Source: Armatimonadota bacterium (GTDB lineage Bacteria; Vulcanimicrobiota; JACPDS01; JBDRKI01). Taken from it: a stretch of 52,428 bases of DNA. The stretch is from positions 1 to 52,428 of the forward strand of contig JBDRKI010000097.1 of the NCBI GenBank assembly GCA_043814095.1, written 5' to 3'. The notes under the pieces were generated by a model that was not told where the DNA came from, did not search any database, and saw nothing but the letters and a program-made list of their open reading frames with translations. Positions 28,129-36,751 of the stretch are shown one piece after another. The position numbers and the translations under genes are program-made. Positions within the stretch are counted from its first letter, which is position 1; each line of letters begins with the position of its first letter.

Positions 28129-29040
28129 TCATGCGTTTAAAATAATTTTAGCTTTTTTAATATCTTCCTTGATCTGTTCTGTAAGCTTCTCTGTACCGCT
28201 AAAGACCTTTTCATCCCTTATTTTCTCAACGAAATATACCCTTATATTCTCTTTATATATATCTTTAGCAAAGTTAAATATATGGACTTCTAATGTAAGG
28301 GGTTTTTCCTTAATTGTAGGGCTGTGTCCTAAGTTTGCAACCCCTTTATATAATTTATCATTAATCCTTACTAAAACAGCGTACACCCCGTCCTCGGGCT
28401 TAATAAGGCCTTCCGGCCAGTTGAGATTAGCGGTATGTATACCCAGGCGCGAACCAACTCCTTTTCCTTTTATTACCCTGCCTTCGGCAAAAAAATATCT
28501 TCCTAAAAAAGAAGCCGCCTTATCAAGTCTGCCTGATGTTATAAATTCCTTTACAATTGTACTGCTTACGACTTTACCCGAGACTTTAAACGCGGGGATA
28601 ACTTCCGCTTTAAAACCGAATTTTTTTCCTGTTTTGTTTAAATAATCCGCGCTGCCTTCCGCTTTATATCCGAAATGATAATTATAGCCCACAACAACAA
28701 GCCTTGCGTTAAACTTTGAAACTAAAATATCTTTTATAAAATTGTAAGAAGTTATGTGAGATATTTTATCATCAAAATCAGCCCATATAAGGTTATCAAT
28801 TCCCAGCTCTTTTATAAAATTAACTTTGTCTTCAAATTTCAAGATAAGCCCTTTTGTTTCCGTATTTTTTTTAGGCCTGTCTTTAAAAGTGAAAACCGCA
28901 CTTTTTATTCCTAAAATTTCCGCATACGATACGGCTTTATCTATAACTTCACGATGCCCGAGATGAACGCCGTCAAAAAAACCCAGAGCTATAACGCTCT
29001 GCGGAAGTTTTATATTACTATCAAGTTTAATTATATGCAT
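28129..29040 (-). CDS. ribF: Bifunctional riboflavin kinase / FAD synthetase
   Basis: GFFDGVHLGH, VSSTIVK, GIHTANL, LEVHIFNF. Confidence 0.93.
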   Translation of the reverse strand: MHIIKLDSNIKLPQSVIALGFFDGVHLGHREVIDKAVSYAEILGIKSAVFTFKDRPKKNTETKGLILKFEDKVNFIKELGIDNLIWADFDDKISHITSYNFIKDILVSKFNARLVVVGYNYHFGYKAEGSADYLNKTGKKFGFKAEVIPAFKVSGKVVSSTIVKEFITSGRLDKAASFLGRYFFAEGRVIKGKGVGSRLGIHTANLNWPEGLIKPEDGVYAVLVRINDKLYKGVANLGHSPTIKEKPLTLEVHIFNFAKDIYKENIRVYFVEKIRDEKVFSGTEKLTEQIKEDIKKAKIILNA

Positions 29041-29053
29041 TTTAATGTGTTTT

Positions 29054-29980
29054 TCAGGTTGCCCTTCTGTCTATGGCTATATTGCTTCCCCTTTTTGTTT
29101 TGGCATATTCTTTTAATTCAGTCGCGATCTCGGATACCTGTATGGGATTATAGAGGTCGCGTTTGTCATTATGGGCAATGCCTATTGAAATGGTCATTAT
29201 AGGGAAAAGCTGGATCTGACCGCGCCTGTTTCTTACGGTGATATATCCGTTGTCCCTGTCTTCTTTGTTGTAATAACTCATAATATCTTTTTCAAATTCG
29301 TCTATTATCTCTAAGGACAGTTTCTCCATTTTTTCCGGTTCGGTAACCAGTATGAAATCATCCCCTCCTATATGCCCGAAGAAATCCTGCCTGCTGCCGT
29401 TTTTATCCAGCACATTATTAACGATGGAGGCCATAAACTTTATAATATCATCGCCTTTCTCATACCCGTACCTGTCATTATATGCTTTAAAATTATCCAG
29501 ATCCAGATAACAGACCGCGAACTTACCGCCTTTAGCTATTCTTTCCCTGATCTCATCGGCTATGCTTATATTTCCGGGAAGGCCCGTCAGCGGATTTGAA
29601 TCCCTAGACTGGCGGAACCTGTCAATAACCGAACCCACCCTTATTGAAAGCTCTTTTAACTCAAACGGTCTTACCAAAAAATCGTCTACGCCTATTTTTA
29701 AAAATCTGATCTTAGTATCCAAGTCATTATTATCCGTGTAGACTATGATAGGAATCAAGGAAAAAAATCTTTCAGATTTAACCTTCCCGCAGAATTCAAA
29801 AGCTTCTTCCTGCTCGTCCTTTAAATTTAAAACTATAATATCAGGGGATTCTTTTCCTAAATTCAAAAAAGCTTCCCGTATATCAGTTTCTAAAACTTCG
29901 TATCCGTCTTTTTCAAGAAAATCTTTAGCTTTTTTAAGATATTCTTCATTATTTTCTATAAGAAGTACTTTCTCTGCCAT
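29054..29980 (-). CDS. REC-GGDEF diguanylate cyclase with atypical receiver domain
   Basis: N-terminal REC fold; NPLTGLPGN, DLDNFKAYNDRYG, GHIGGDDF. Confidence 0.88.
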   Translation of the reverse strand: MAEKVLLIENNEEYLKKAKDFLEKDGYEVLETDIREAFLNLGKESPDIIVLNLKDEQEEAFEFCGKVKSERFFSLIPIIVYTDNNDLDTKIRFLKIGVDDFLVRPFELKELSIRVGSVIDRFRQSRDSNPLTGLPGNISIADEIRERIAKGGKFAVCYLDLDNFKAYNDRYGYEKGDDIIKFMASIVNNVLDKNGSRQDFFGHIGGDDFILVTEPEKMEKLSLEIIDEFEKDIMSYYNKEDRDNGYITVRNRRGQIQLFPIMTISIGIAHNDKRDLYNPIQVSEIATELKEYAKTKRGSNIAIDRRAT

Positions 29981-30012
29981 ATACACAACCTCTCAATATA
30001 ATATTAATTAAA

Positions 30013-30570
30013 TTACGGAGCCACTACCATAACTTCCACGCCTTTGGCTTTCAGTTTTTCTTTATCTTTATCGGCGCCTTCTTTGTCTTTATAGCTTCCC
30101 ATGAAAACCTTGTAACCGGATTTGCCGTCTACCGTAACTTCGGAGATATAAGGGCTGTAACCCAGCGATTTTAGCTTATTTACGGTATCCTGCGCGTATT
30201 TCTTATCGGAATAAAAACCGGCCTGTATTTTATATGAAGGAACTTCTTCCGGTTTATTATTGTCAATATTTTCTTCCGGCTTCGGCATATTTTCTTCTGC
30301 AATTTTTTCTTCCTGGATCTCAACAACTTTTTTGGGAACCCGGCCCTCAGAACCCTCGCCGTATCCTTCAGGCTTCTCAAATTCAGGTTCGGTAACGGTA
30401 ATCTCCGGCATATCAGCCTGTTTTTCCTGAGTCTTCTTGCCGAAAAATTTGCTGTTAACCAGGTAATGACCGGTAAAATTTCCCAGAGCCAGAGCAATCC
30501 ACGCTACAATTACTATTATTAATAATGTTTTAAACCAGAAACCATCCGGTTCTTTCTGATGTTTGCTCAT
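30013..30570 (-). CDS. SPOR-domain membrane-anchored protein
   Basis: N-terminal TM helix, acidic linker, C-terminal YKIQAGFYS...YKVFMGSY SPOR pattern. Confidence 0.8.
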   Translation of the reverse strand: MSKHQKEPDGFWFKTLLIIVIVAWIALALGNFTGHYLVNSKFFGKKTQEKQADMPEITVTEPEFEKPEGYGEGSEGRVPKKVVEIQEEKIAEENMPKPEENIDNNKPEEVPSYKIQAGFYSDKKYAQDTVNKLKSLGYSPYISEVTVDGKSGYKVFMGSYKDKEGADKDKEKLKAKGVEVMVVAP

Positions 30571-30622
30571 ATAAATACCTCTTCAAAAGAAATATCGTAT
30601 AATTTTAAGGGATATTTATCCC

Positions 30623-31672
30623 TTAAACCTTATTTATAATTTCTCTACTCCCTATAATATCTCCTTGCAGGCTGATGGCGTTATCTTCTATTACGGTAAA
30701 CCTGCCTATTATGCAGTCATAAAGACCGGTATTCCTGCCAAGTTTTACTCCCGGCCAGAGAATGGTTTTTGAAATTTCAGCGCCTTCTTCAATAACACAG
30801 TCCTTGTCTATAACGCAGTAATGTCCCAGACGCGCGCCCTCTTTTATAACCGCACCGTCATTAATAAATATGAAATTACCCAATTGCGCGTTATTATCCA
30901 GAACGACATTTTTGCCTATCCATACATTGTCTTTTATTTTGTTATAACCGGATAAATCAACCTTAAACTTGCCTTCCAGGATATCAAAATGAACCTGTTT
31001 ATAGCTCTCAGGTTTGCCTATATCTATCCAGTATCCTTGATTATGATACGCGTAAAGATTATCATCACTTGCCAGAATCTGGGGAAATATCTGCTTCTCA
31101 AACGAGTAATTTACATCCTTATCCATAAGATCAAGAACTTTCTTTTCTAAAACATACACGCCCGCGTTTATATAATTAGTTGTAATCTCTTCGGGCTTCG
31201 GTTTTTCGATAAATTTCCTTATGGATTTATCGTCATTTGTCTCTATAATTCCGTACCGCGTAGGATCTTCAACTTTTGTAAGGGTGAGGGTGCCGGCTCC
31301 GCCTTTTTCATTATGGAATAAAATAAGCTTCCTGAAATCTATATCTATCATCACATCGCCGTTAAACGCAAGGAATGTCCCTGTTATGTGCTTCTCAACG
31401 TTTTTCACAGCCCCCGCGGTGCCTAAGGGTTCTTCTTCAATCTCATAAAATATCTTAACGCCGAACCTCTCCCCGTCCCCGAAATAATCCTTAATAAAAT
31501 CATATTTAAAACAAGTGGCAAGCACAATCTCTGTAATCCCGGCCTCTTTTAATCTCTCTATAAGGTGTTCAAGATAGGGCTTGCCCATAATAGGGGCCAT
31601 GGGTTTGGGTATGTCGTAAGTTAAGGGGCGGAGCCTTGTTCCTTCCCCTCCTACAAGTATTACGGCCTGCAT
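30623..31672 (-). CDS. NDP-sugar pyrophosphorylase (mannose-1-phosphate guanylyltransferase-like)
   Basis: AVILVGGEGTRLRPLT, PLGTAG, FIEKP, YWIDIG, C-terminal hexapeptide repeats. Confidence 0.9.
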   Translation of the reverse strand: MQAVILVGGEGTRLRPLTYDIPKPMAPIMGKPYLEHLIERLKEAGITEIVLATCFKYDFIKDYFGDGERFGVKIFYEIEEEPLGTAGAVKNVEKHITGTFLAFNGDVMIDIDFRKLILFHNEKGGAGTLTLTKVEDPTRYGIIETNDDKSIRKFIEKPKPEEITTNYINAGVYVLEKKVLDLMDKDVNYSFEKQIFPQILASDDNLYAYHNQGYWIDIGKPESYKQVHFDILEGKFKVDLSGYNKIKDNVWIGKNVVLDNNAQLGNFIFINDGAVIKEGARLGHYCVIDKDCVIEEGAEISKTILWPGVKLGRNTGLYDCIIGRFTVIEDNAISLQGDIIGSREIINKV

Positions 31673-31681
31673 GATACCTCC

Positions 31682-32329
31682 CTATACGGTTCTTGCGAGT
31701 GTAAGCACAACTACTTCCTTTACCTGCTTATTCCTTTTCAAAGCTTTTACGCATTCTTTTATTGTTGTGCCTGTTGTATAAACATCATCTATTAATAATA
31801 TTCTTAAATCTTTGTTAATTTCATTCTTATTTACCTTAAAAGAATCCTTTAAATTTACTAATCTTTCTTTTTTACTTAATTTATTCTGTTCAACCGTATC
31901 CTTATTCTTTATAAGTATTTTTGTATTTAAAGGGATATTGAAACAGGAGGATATATGCTCAGCGAGTGTCCTGCTCTGGTTAAACCCCCTTCTCCTAAGC
32001 ATATTCTTATGCATAGGCACGGGAACAATAACATTTATACCGTGCTTTTTAATAATGTCGTTTTTCTCAACTGTTTTATTCATAAGTGATGAAAGAAAAG
32101 GCGCAATCTTTACCTTTTTCTTGAATTTAAATAAGCCCAGCGCTTTTTTTATACTCCCCGAATAAACAGCCGAGGAATAAGAAACGGTATTTACGCTTCT
32201 TTTGAAATAGCGGATATTATCAAGAAAATTTATATCTTTAAGACATTCTTTGCAGAAAATATCAGAAGAAAAGCTCCTGCAGATAAGACATCTGGGAGGG
32301 AAAATGAAGTTGAGGATATGTTTAAGCAT
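31682..32329 (-). CDS. comF: ComF family protein
   Basis: FPPRCLIC...CKEC, RGFNQS, ILLIDDVYTTGTT PRTase motif. Confidence 0.9.
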   Translation of the reverse strand: MLKHILNFIFPPRCLICRSFSSDIFCKECLKDINFLDNIRYFKRSVNTVSYSSAVYSGSIKKALGLFKFKKKVKIAPFLSSLMNKTVEKNDIIKKHGINVIVPVPMHKNMLRRRGFNQSRTLAEHISSCFNIPLNTKILIKNKDTVEQNKLSKKERLVNLKDSFKVNKNEINKDLRILLIDDVYTTGTTIKECVKALKRNKQVKEVVVLTLARTV

Positions 32330-32332
32330 GGC

Positions 32333-33061
32333 TTACTTTTTCCCTGAAAGAAGTTTTAGGTATACTTTAGTCATAAACCTGGGGATAGCAAGCATGCGTA
32401 TGAACCTTTTAGGCTGTGTTATAAGTCTGTAAAGCCATTCAAGAGAGGATTTCACCATCCACTGCGGGGCGCGTTTGAACTTGCCTGATATAACATCAAA
32501 AGAACCGCCTACACCTATCGCAACCTTAGCATTTAATTTCTCTTTGTGTTTGCTTATCCAGAACTCCTGTCTCGGGGAACCAAGGGCAACAAATAATATA
32601 TCGGGAGATTTCTCGTTTATATAATTAAGTACTTTCTCATCATCTTTAAAGTACCCGTTATGACAACCCGCTATATTTATATCCTTGTATTTCTCCTTTA
32701 ATTTCCTTACAGCTTCCAAGAGAGATTCTTCGGTTGATCCTAAAATAAAAAGCTTCCAACCCTTTACCCCGGATATCCTACATATCTCCCGTACAAGATC
32801 AACACCGGAAACTTTCTCAATTCTTTTTTTATATAACTTCTTAACAGCCCATACAATACCGGCAGAATCGGGGGTTACAAGAGAGGCACTATTCTCTATA
32901 TCAGAAAATAGTTTGTCTTTCTCGGAATGCATTACCATCTCGGTGCTTAATGTGACTATATGAGCACACTTATCCCCTTTAATAAACTCATCTATCTTAT
33001 CAAGCACTTCATTAAAACCGAAGGTATTAAGTTTTAGATTAAATAATTTTAATTCATTCAT
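32333..33061 (-). CDS. WecB/TagA/CpsF family glycosyltransferase
   Basis: PDSAGIV, SGVDL, VALGSPRQE, GVGGSFDV, RAPQW...LEWLYRL; start taken at ATG 33061. Confidence 0.92.
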   Translation of the reverse strand: MNELKLFNLKLNTFGFNEVLDKIDEFIKGDKCAHIVTLSTEMVMHSEKDKLFSDIENSASLVTPDSAGIVWAVKKLYKKRIEKVSGVDLVREICRISGVKGWKLFILGSTEESLLEAVRKLKEKYKDINIAGCHNGYFKDDEKVLNYINEKSPDILFVALGSPRQEFWISKHKEKLNAKVAIGVGGSFDVISGKFKRAPQWMVKSSLEWLYRLITQPKRFIRMLAIPRFMTKVYLKLLSGKK

Positions 33062-33106
33062 GTTAAAATAATTATAATTTAAAAAGATAAGTTTAGCAAG
33101 AATAAA

Positions 33107-33136
33107 TAAAGACACCTTTGATATAAGGTGTCTTTA
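33107..33136 (-). terminator. Terminator after the orphan paralog pair
   Basis: TAAAGACACCTT / AAGGTGTCTTTA stem followed by a T-rich tract on the minus strand. Confidence 0.7.
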
Positions 33137-33173
33137 CTAGAAAATTACTTTTATTGTAATTAAAAAAATATTA

Positions 33174-33947
33174 TTATATTCCAAACATCTTTAAAAGCTT
33201 CTGAATATTCTTTATACCATTCCATCTGGCTTTAGGTCTGTGTATAGACCTATTGGTAGCAGCTCTCCCACCAACATCACCCGAATTAGAAACCGGCCCG
33301 GTGGGTCTGCTTCCTTTGCCGGACACAGCTTTAGATCTACCTCTCATACGGACAGGCTTACCTGCAGTAGTTTCAACCGGTGCAACAGGAGTAGTTCCTT
33401 TACCTGAAGCTCGCCCTTTAAACTTCGTTAGCTTATCGCTCTTTTTTCTATTTAATCCTGCCGCAGCTGTTGCAGGATTAACTAAGGAATCTTTAACAAT
33501 AATATTAAGCGTATCTACAATTTTATCTATTCTTTTTTCCCATTTACCCTGAGGGACTTTTTTTTCAAAAATTTCCCCGATTCTATAATTCAGCCAATGT
33601 CTTAATTTCCCAGTATCTCCATCTTTTACTTTAGTGTATTCTAAATTCCACAATCTAGATAAAAACTTCTCAGCTTCTGCTTGGGGATTTTTCAGCCTTT
33701 CTTCCATCCTCTCCAGCACAGGTATCATAAATAAAGTGCTTTTTGCAATTGGCTCTAACTGACTTCCTCGACTACGATTAAATCTTTTCGTCAATGAGCT
33801 ACTATCATTAAGAGACGCAACAAAATCATACAGCCATCTTTTTAATTCTTGCTTTAATCTGGCATCTGCAGGTTTAACTACCCCCTCTCCTTTGCTTCCT
33901 AATTCATTAACAATACCGGTCCCTGTTTTTACAATACTTAAATTCAT
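33174..33947 (-). CDS. Hypothetical protein, paralog A (one repeat unit plus basic tail)
   Basis: 257-aa ORF with AGGAGG RBS; shares motifs with the neighbouring ORFs. Confidence 0.85.
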   Translation of the reverse strand: MNLSIVKTGTGIVNELGSKGEGVVKPADARLKQELKRWLYDFVASLNDSSSLTKRFNRSRGSQLEPIAKSTLFMIPVLERMEERLKNPQAEAEKFLSRLWNLEYTKVKDGDTGKLRHWLNYRIGEIFEKKVPQGKWEKRIDKIVDTLNIIVKDSLVNPATAAAGLNRKKSDKLTKFKGRASGKGTTPVAPVETTAGKPVRMRGRSKAVSGKGSRPTGPVSNSGDVGGRAATNRSIHRPKARWNGIKNIQKLLKMFGI

Positions 33948-33969
33948 AGCTGCCTCCTATTTTTTATAA

Positions 33970-35031
33970 TTACAACCCAAACATCCTTAAAAGTTTCTGG
34001 ATATTCTTTGCACCTCTCCACCTGGGCTTACCCTTACCAACTTTGCCTCTTACGGGCACTTTGCCGCCAATACCTCCAGCTTTGGGCGCTTTTACTTTTG
34101 AACCCACACCTTCTTTTACTGCTCTTGTACCAGCAGAGGCCTTCTCTCTGAATTTTTTCAAGCCTTTTGGAATTCTTGCTTTTCTTAATTCTACCAGGTA
34201 ATCCTCATATAAATTAATTGTTTTAAGCTCTGTAATGGATGCAAGTTTCATCCTGATGGTTTCTGCTCCTGTTCTCCATGTCTGTTCCAGATAGCTCTCT
34301 GTTATTATATTTACATACGTAGCTATAAGCGAGTCTACAGAAGAAATTTCACCGATCCTTGTAAGATATGTTTTATGGATTACTTCTTTTAAAAACTTTT
34401 CAGCGTTTGTTTTGGGATTCCTAAGCTTTTGATCTATTACAAATATATTTTTTTTAATTTCTCTACCTTCACATTCCCTCATTAAAGCCAGCAGCCAGTC
34501 TTCCACATCAGTCATCAACTGCTTTGTAGAAACACTTTCCGGAACTCCGGCGGCTGTTTTATACGCTTTAAATAAATTTGTTTTTTTACATGCATCAAAC
34601 TGAGATAACAGGTCTGCCAGCACCCCGCCGGCATAATGCCACTTATGATAAGGTTTGGATACCAGCATATCTTTAACCATCTGAACTATATGGGTCTTAA
34701 CACTGGCAAGCTTCCCGCGGGGTTCGGGATATTTCATATTCAATACTTTTTTAAGAAACTTCTCGGCATTTGTTTTAGGATTTTCAAGTTTCTGCTTTAG
34801 CTTTACTTCAATATATTTCTCTATAGCTTTTTCCCTTTCTATCCTCGCATTTGCACGGTAATAAGATCTTGAAAAATGTTCAATCTTTTCAAGCAGTTCT
34901 TTATCTTTGCTTAATTCTATTATAAATTTGTGGAGAAAATTCGAGACCTGTTTTTCCAATGACGATTGAGTAAGAGTGCCTCCAAATTCATTAATAATAT
35001 TGGAATTTATACTCACTGCATTTAAATTCAT
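33970..35031 (-). CDS. Hypothetical protein, paralog B (two repeat units plus basic tail)
   Basis: 353-aa ORF with GAGGG RBS; internal duplication LxNPKTNAEKFLKxV. Confidence 0.85.
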   Translation of the reverse strand: MNLNAVSINSNIINEFGGTLTQSSLEKQVSNFLHKFIIELSKDKELLEKIEHFSRSYYRANARIEREKAIEKYIEVKLKQKLENPKTNAEKFLKKVLNMKYPEPRGKLASVKTHIVQMVKDMLVSKPYHKWHYAGGVLADLLSQFDACKKTNLFKAYKTAAGVPESVSTKQLMTDVEDWLLALMRECEGREIKKNIFVIDQKLRNPKTNAEKFLKEVIHKTYLTRIGEISSVDSLIATYVNIITESYLEQTWRTGAETIRMKLASITELKTINLYEDYLVELRKARIPKGLKKFREKASAGTRAVKEGVGSKVKAPKAGGIGGKVPVRGKVGKGKPRWRGAKNIQKLLRMFGL

Positions 35032-35074
35032 AAATCCCTCTTTTACTTATATTTATAGTTTTTTTAAATAGCTT

Positions 35075-35128
35075 TGTTATAAGTATAACATAGATATAGT
35101 AACAATTTGTTAACAAAATGTTAACAAA
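35075..35128 (-). promoter_or_regulatory. Probable activator-dependent promoter with 11-bp-periodic direct repeats
   Basis: GTAACA / TTAACA / TTAACA at 35099, 35110 and 35121; extended -10 TGnTATACT on the minus strand (35090-35082) inside the palindrome TGTTATA-AG-TATAACA. Confidence 0.55.
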
Positions 35129-35148
35129 TTTTCCCTTAAAAAACGTTG

Positions 35149-35823
35149 TTATTTAATGAAAAATCTGCGGATTCTCTGAAATATACCGGGTTTTATCTCC
35201 GGTTTTTCTCTAAGAGACGGCACATCTATCTTTATATTAGGTACTTTAACTACAGGTTCCGGCGGAGGTTTTATATTTGTTATTTTTTTTCTGAATATCC
35301 TGAAAAGATCAAATTTTGTTTTGCTTTTTTTGCCTTTAACTTGAAATTTAATTTTTCCTATCTCCACATTAGAATATGCCTCGCCGCATGCCTTTTTATA
35401 CAAACTTGCATTTCGTTGAGAGATAAAAACATGGAGGTTCTTAGCATAATTATTAGCCCTCATCTCCCATTGCCGGGAATAAGAATATGATTCTGCTATG
35501 GCGGAATAAACCTCTTCTATAATCCCTTCTTTTATAACTGAGGCATATTGAGAATTTTTAAGAAGACTCCTTAAAAACCTTGTGCCCCTTGTTTCTGATT
35601 CATTAATCTCAGCAAGCAGAAACTTTTCAATCTCTGTAAACAGGTTAGGTTTAATTGAAGGATCGGACAACGGAATTTTTGCTGTCTGCACTATAACAGA
35701 TCTCTCGGAGAAGAGCCTTATTACCCTGTGCAGAAATTTGCCGGTCTCATTGACCAGCTCCTCATCCGTTTTTATATGATTTAAATTATTACCGTAAACT
35801 GCGTTTGCTATAATGTTTTCCAT
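35149..35823 (-). CDS. Hypothetical protein, divergent paralog C
   Basis: 224-aa ORF; weak motif similarity to paralogs A and B; Pro/Lys-rich linker and C-terminal GIFQRIRRFFIK. Confidence 0.75.
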   Translation of the reverse strand: MENIIANAVYGNNLNHIKTDEELVNETGKFLHRVIRLFSERSVIVQTAKIPLSDPSIKPNLFTEIEKFLLAEINESETRGTRFLRSLLKNSQYASVIKEGIIEEVYSAIAESYSYSRQWEMRANNYAKNLHVFISQRNASLYKKACGEAYSNVEIGKIKFQVKGKKSKTKFDLFRIFRKKITNIKPPPEPVVKVPNIKIDVPSLREKPEIKPGIFQRIRRFFIK

Positions 35824-35932
35824 ACTGTATATGGTAGCGTTTTTAAATATATTTGCAAGTTTTGTAGGAATTGGTAGAATAAGGGAGAAAAGATTAGCTT
35901 GGCTGATTATATTTTACTTATACGGAGGAAAC

Positions 35933-36196
35933 TTGGCTAGATTTCATAAAAACGGGATAATGATATTAAAAAATAAAAAAGGCGAATACTATGTTTTTGA
36001 AGCTGACAGCAAATTATCTGACGTGGCTAAATATATATGGAAAGACGAAACCTTTTCCGGCTATTTTGTAAAACCGGATGAGAAAGAAGATAAAAGACAT
36101 AAAGTACATTTTATTGATTTTAAAAAGGAACTGTCACCGCGCCTGCGCAGCTTTACGGATATAATGGATGATACATATTACGAAGAAGCCCGCTGA
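35933..36196 (+). CDS. Small hypothetical protein
   Basis: GGAGG RBS then in-frame TTG at 35933; 87 aa, hydrophilic. Confidence 0.6.
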   Translation: MARFHKNGIMILKNKKGEYYVFEADSKLSDVAKYIWKDETFSGYFVKPDEKEDKRHKVHFIDFKKELSPRLRSFTDIMDDTYYEEAR

Positions 36197-36643
36197 TCAG
36201 GGAAGCCATACCGGATCATATACCTCCGGCAGACAGTTGAAACCATTATTTTTGATTTCTATTATTTTATCAATTACAGGCGGGTAAAATTTTATATCCT
36301 TTAATTCATCAAAGCTGAAATATTTTAAATCAACCAGGTTATTCTCCCCGCCCAATTTAAGTTCGCCTCCGAGAATATCTCCCATGAAGAAAAGGTTTAA
36401 GACGTGCTTGCCCCCGTCCGGGTATATGCTCTCCCATAAGAATAAAAACTTCTTTAACTCTATATCAAGGTTTGTCTCTTCTTTTATCTCCCTTTTGGCG
36501 ACATCTTTTATTGATTCCCCGAAATCCATACCCCCGCCGGGAGTTAGCCAGTATTCCTTATCATACTTTGCCTGTTTTATAAGGAGGATTTTATCATCTT
36601 TAATTAATACTACGCATATTCTTACTCTTATATTTTTATTCAT
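36197..36643 (-). CDS. NUDIX hydrolase
   Basis: PGGGMDFGESIKDVAKREIKEETNL Nudix box. Confidence 0.92.
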   Translation of the reverse strand: MNKNIRVRICVVLIKDDKILLIKQAKYDKEYWLTPGGGMDFGESIKDVAKREIKEETNLDIELKKFLFLWESIYPDGGKHVLNLFFMGDILGGELKLGGENNLVDLKYFSFDELKDIKFYPPVIDKIIEIKNNGFNCLPEVYDPVWLP

Positions 36644-36751
36644 TATATATACCTCTATATATATCTAGATATACGTAAATACATCTAGATTTTTTATGAG
36701 TTTATTTCTTTAACAGGATTTATACTTATTTTAAAGAAAACCTGCTTAATT

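Noticed and set aside
28129-29040. RibF PTAN motif reading HTAN
   Set aside because: Single substitution with TAN and the catalytic Glu retained; not enough to claim loss of function
29054-29980. Calling the GGDDF protein a cGAMP synthase
   Set aside because: The specificity position is Asp (KGDDII), not the Ser/Thr of Hypr enzymes
35813-35932. N-terminal 40 codons of the 127-aa track ORF
   Set aside because: Overlaps the start of the divergent gene; the GGAGG RBS supports the TTG start at 35933
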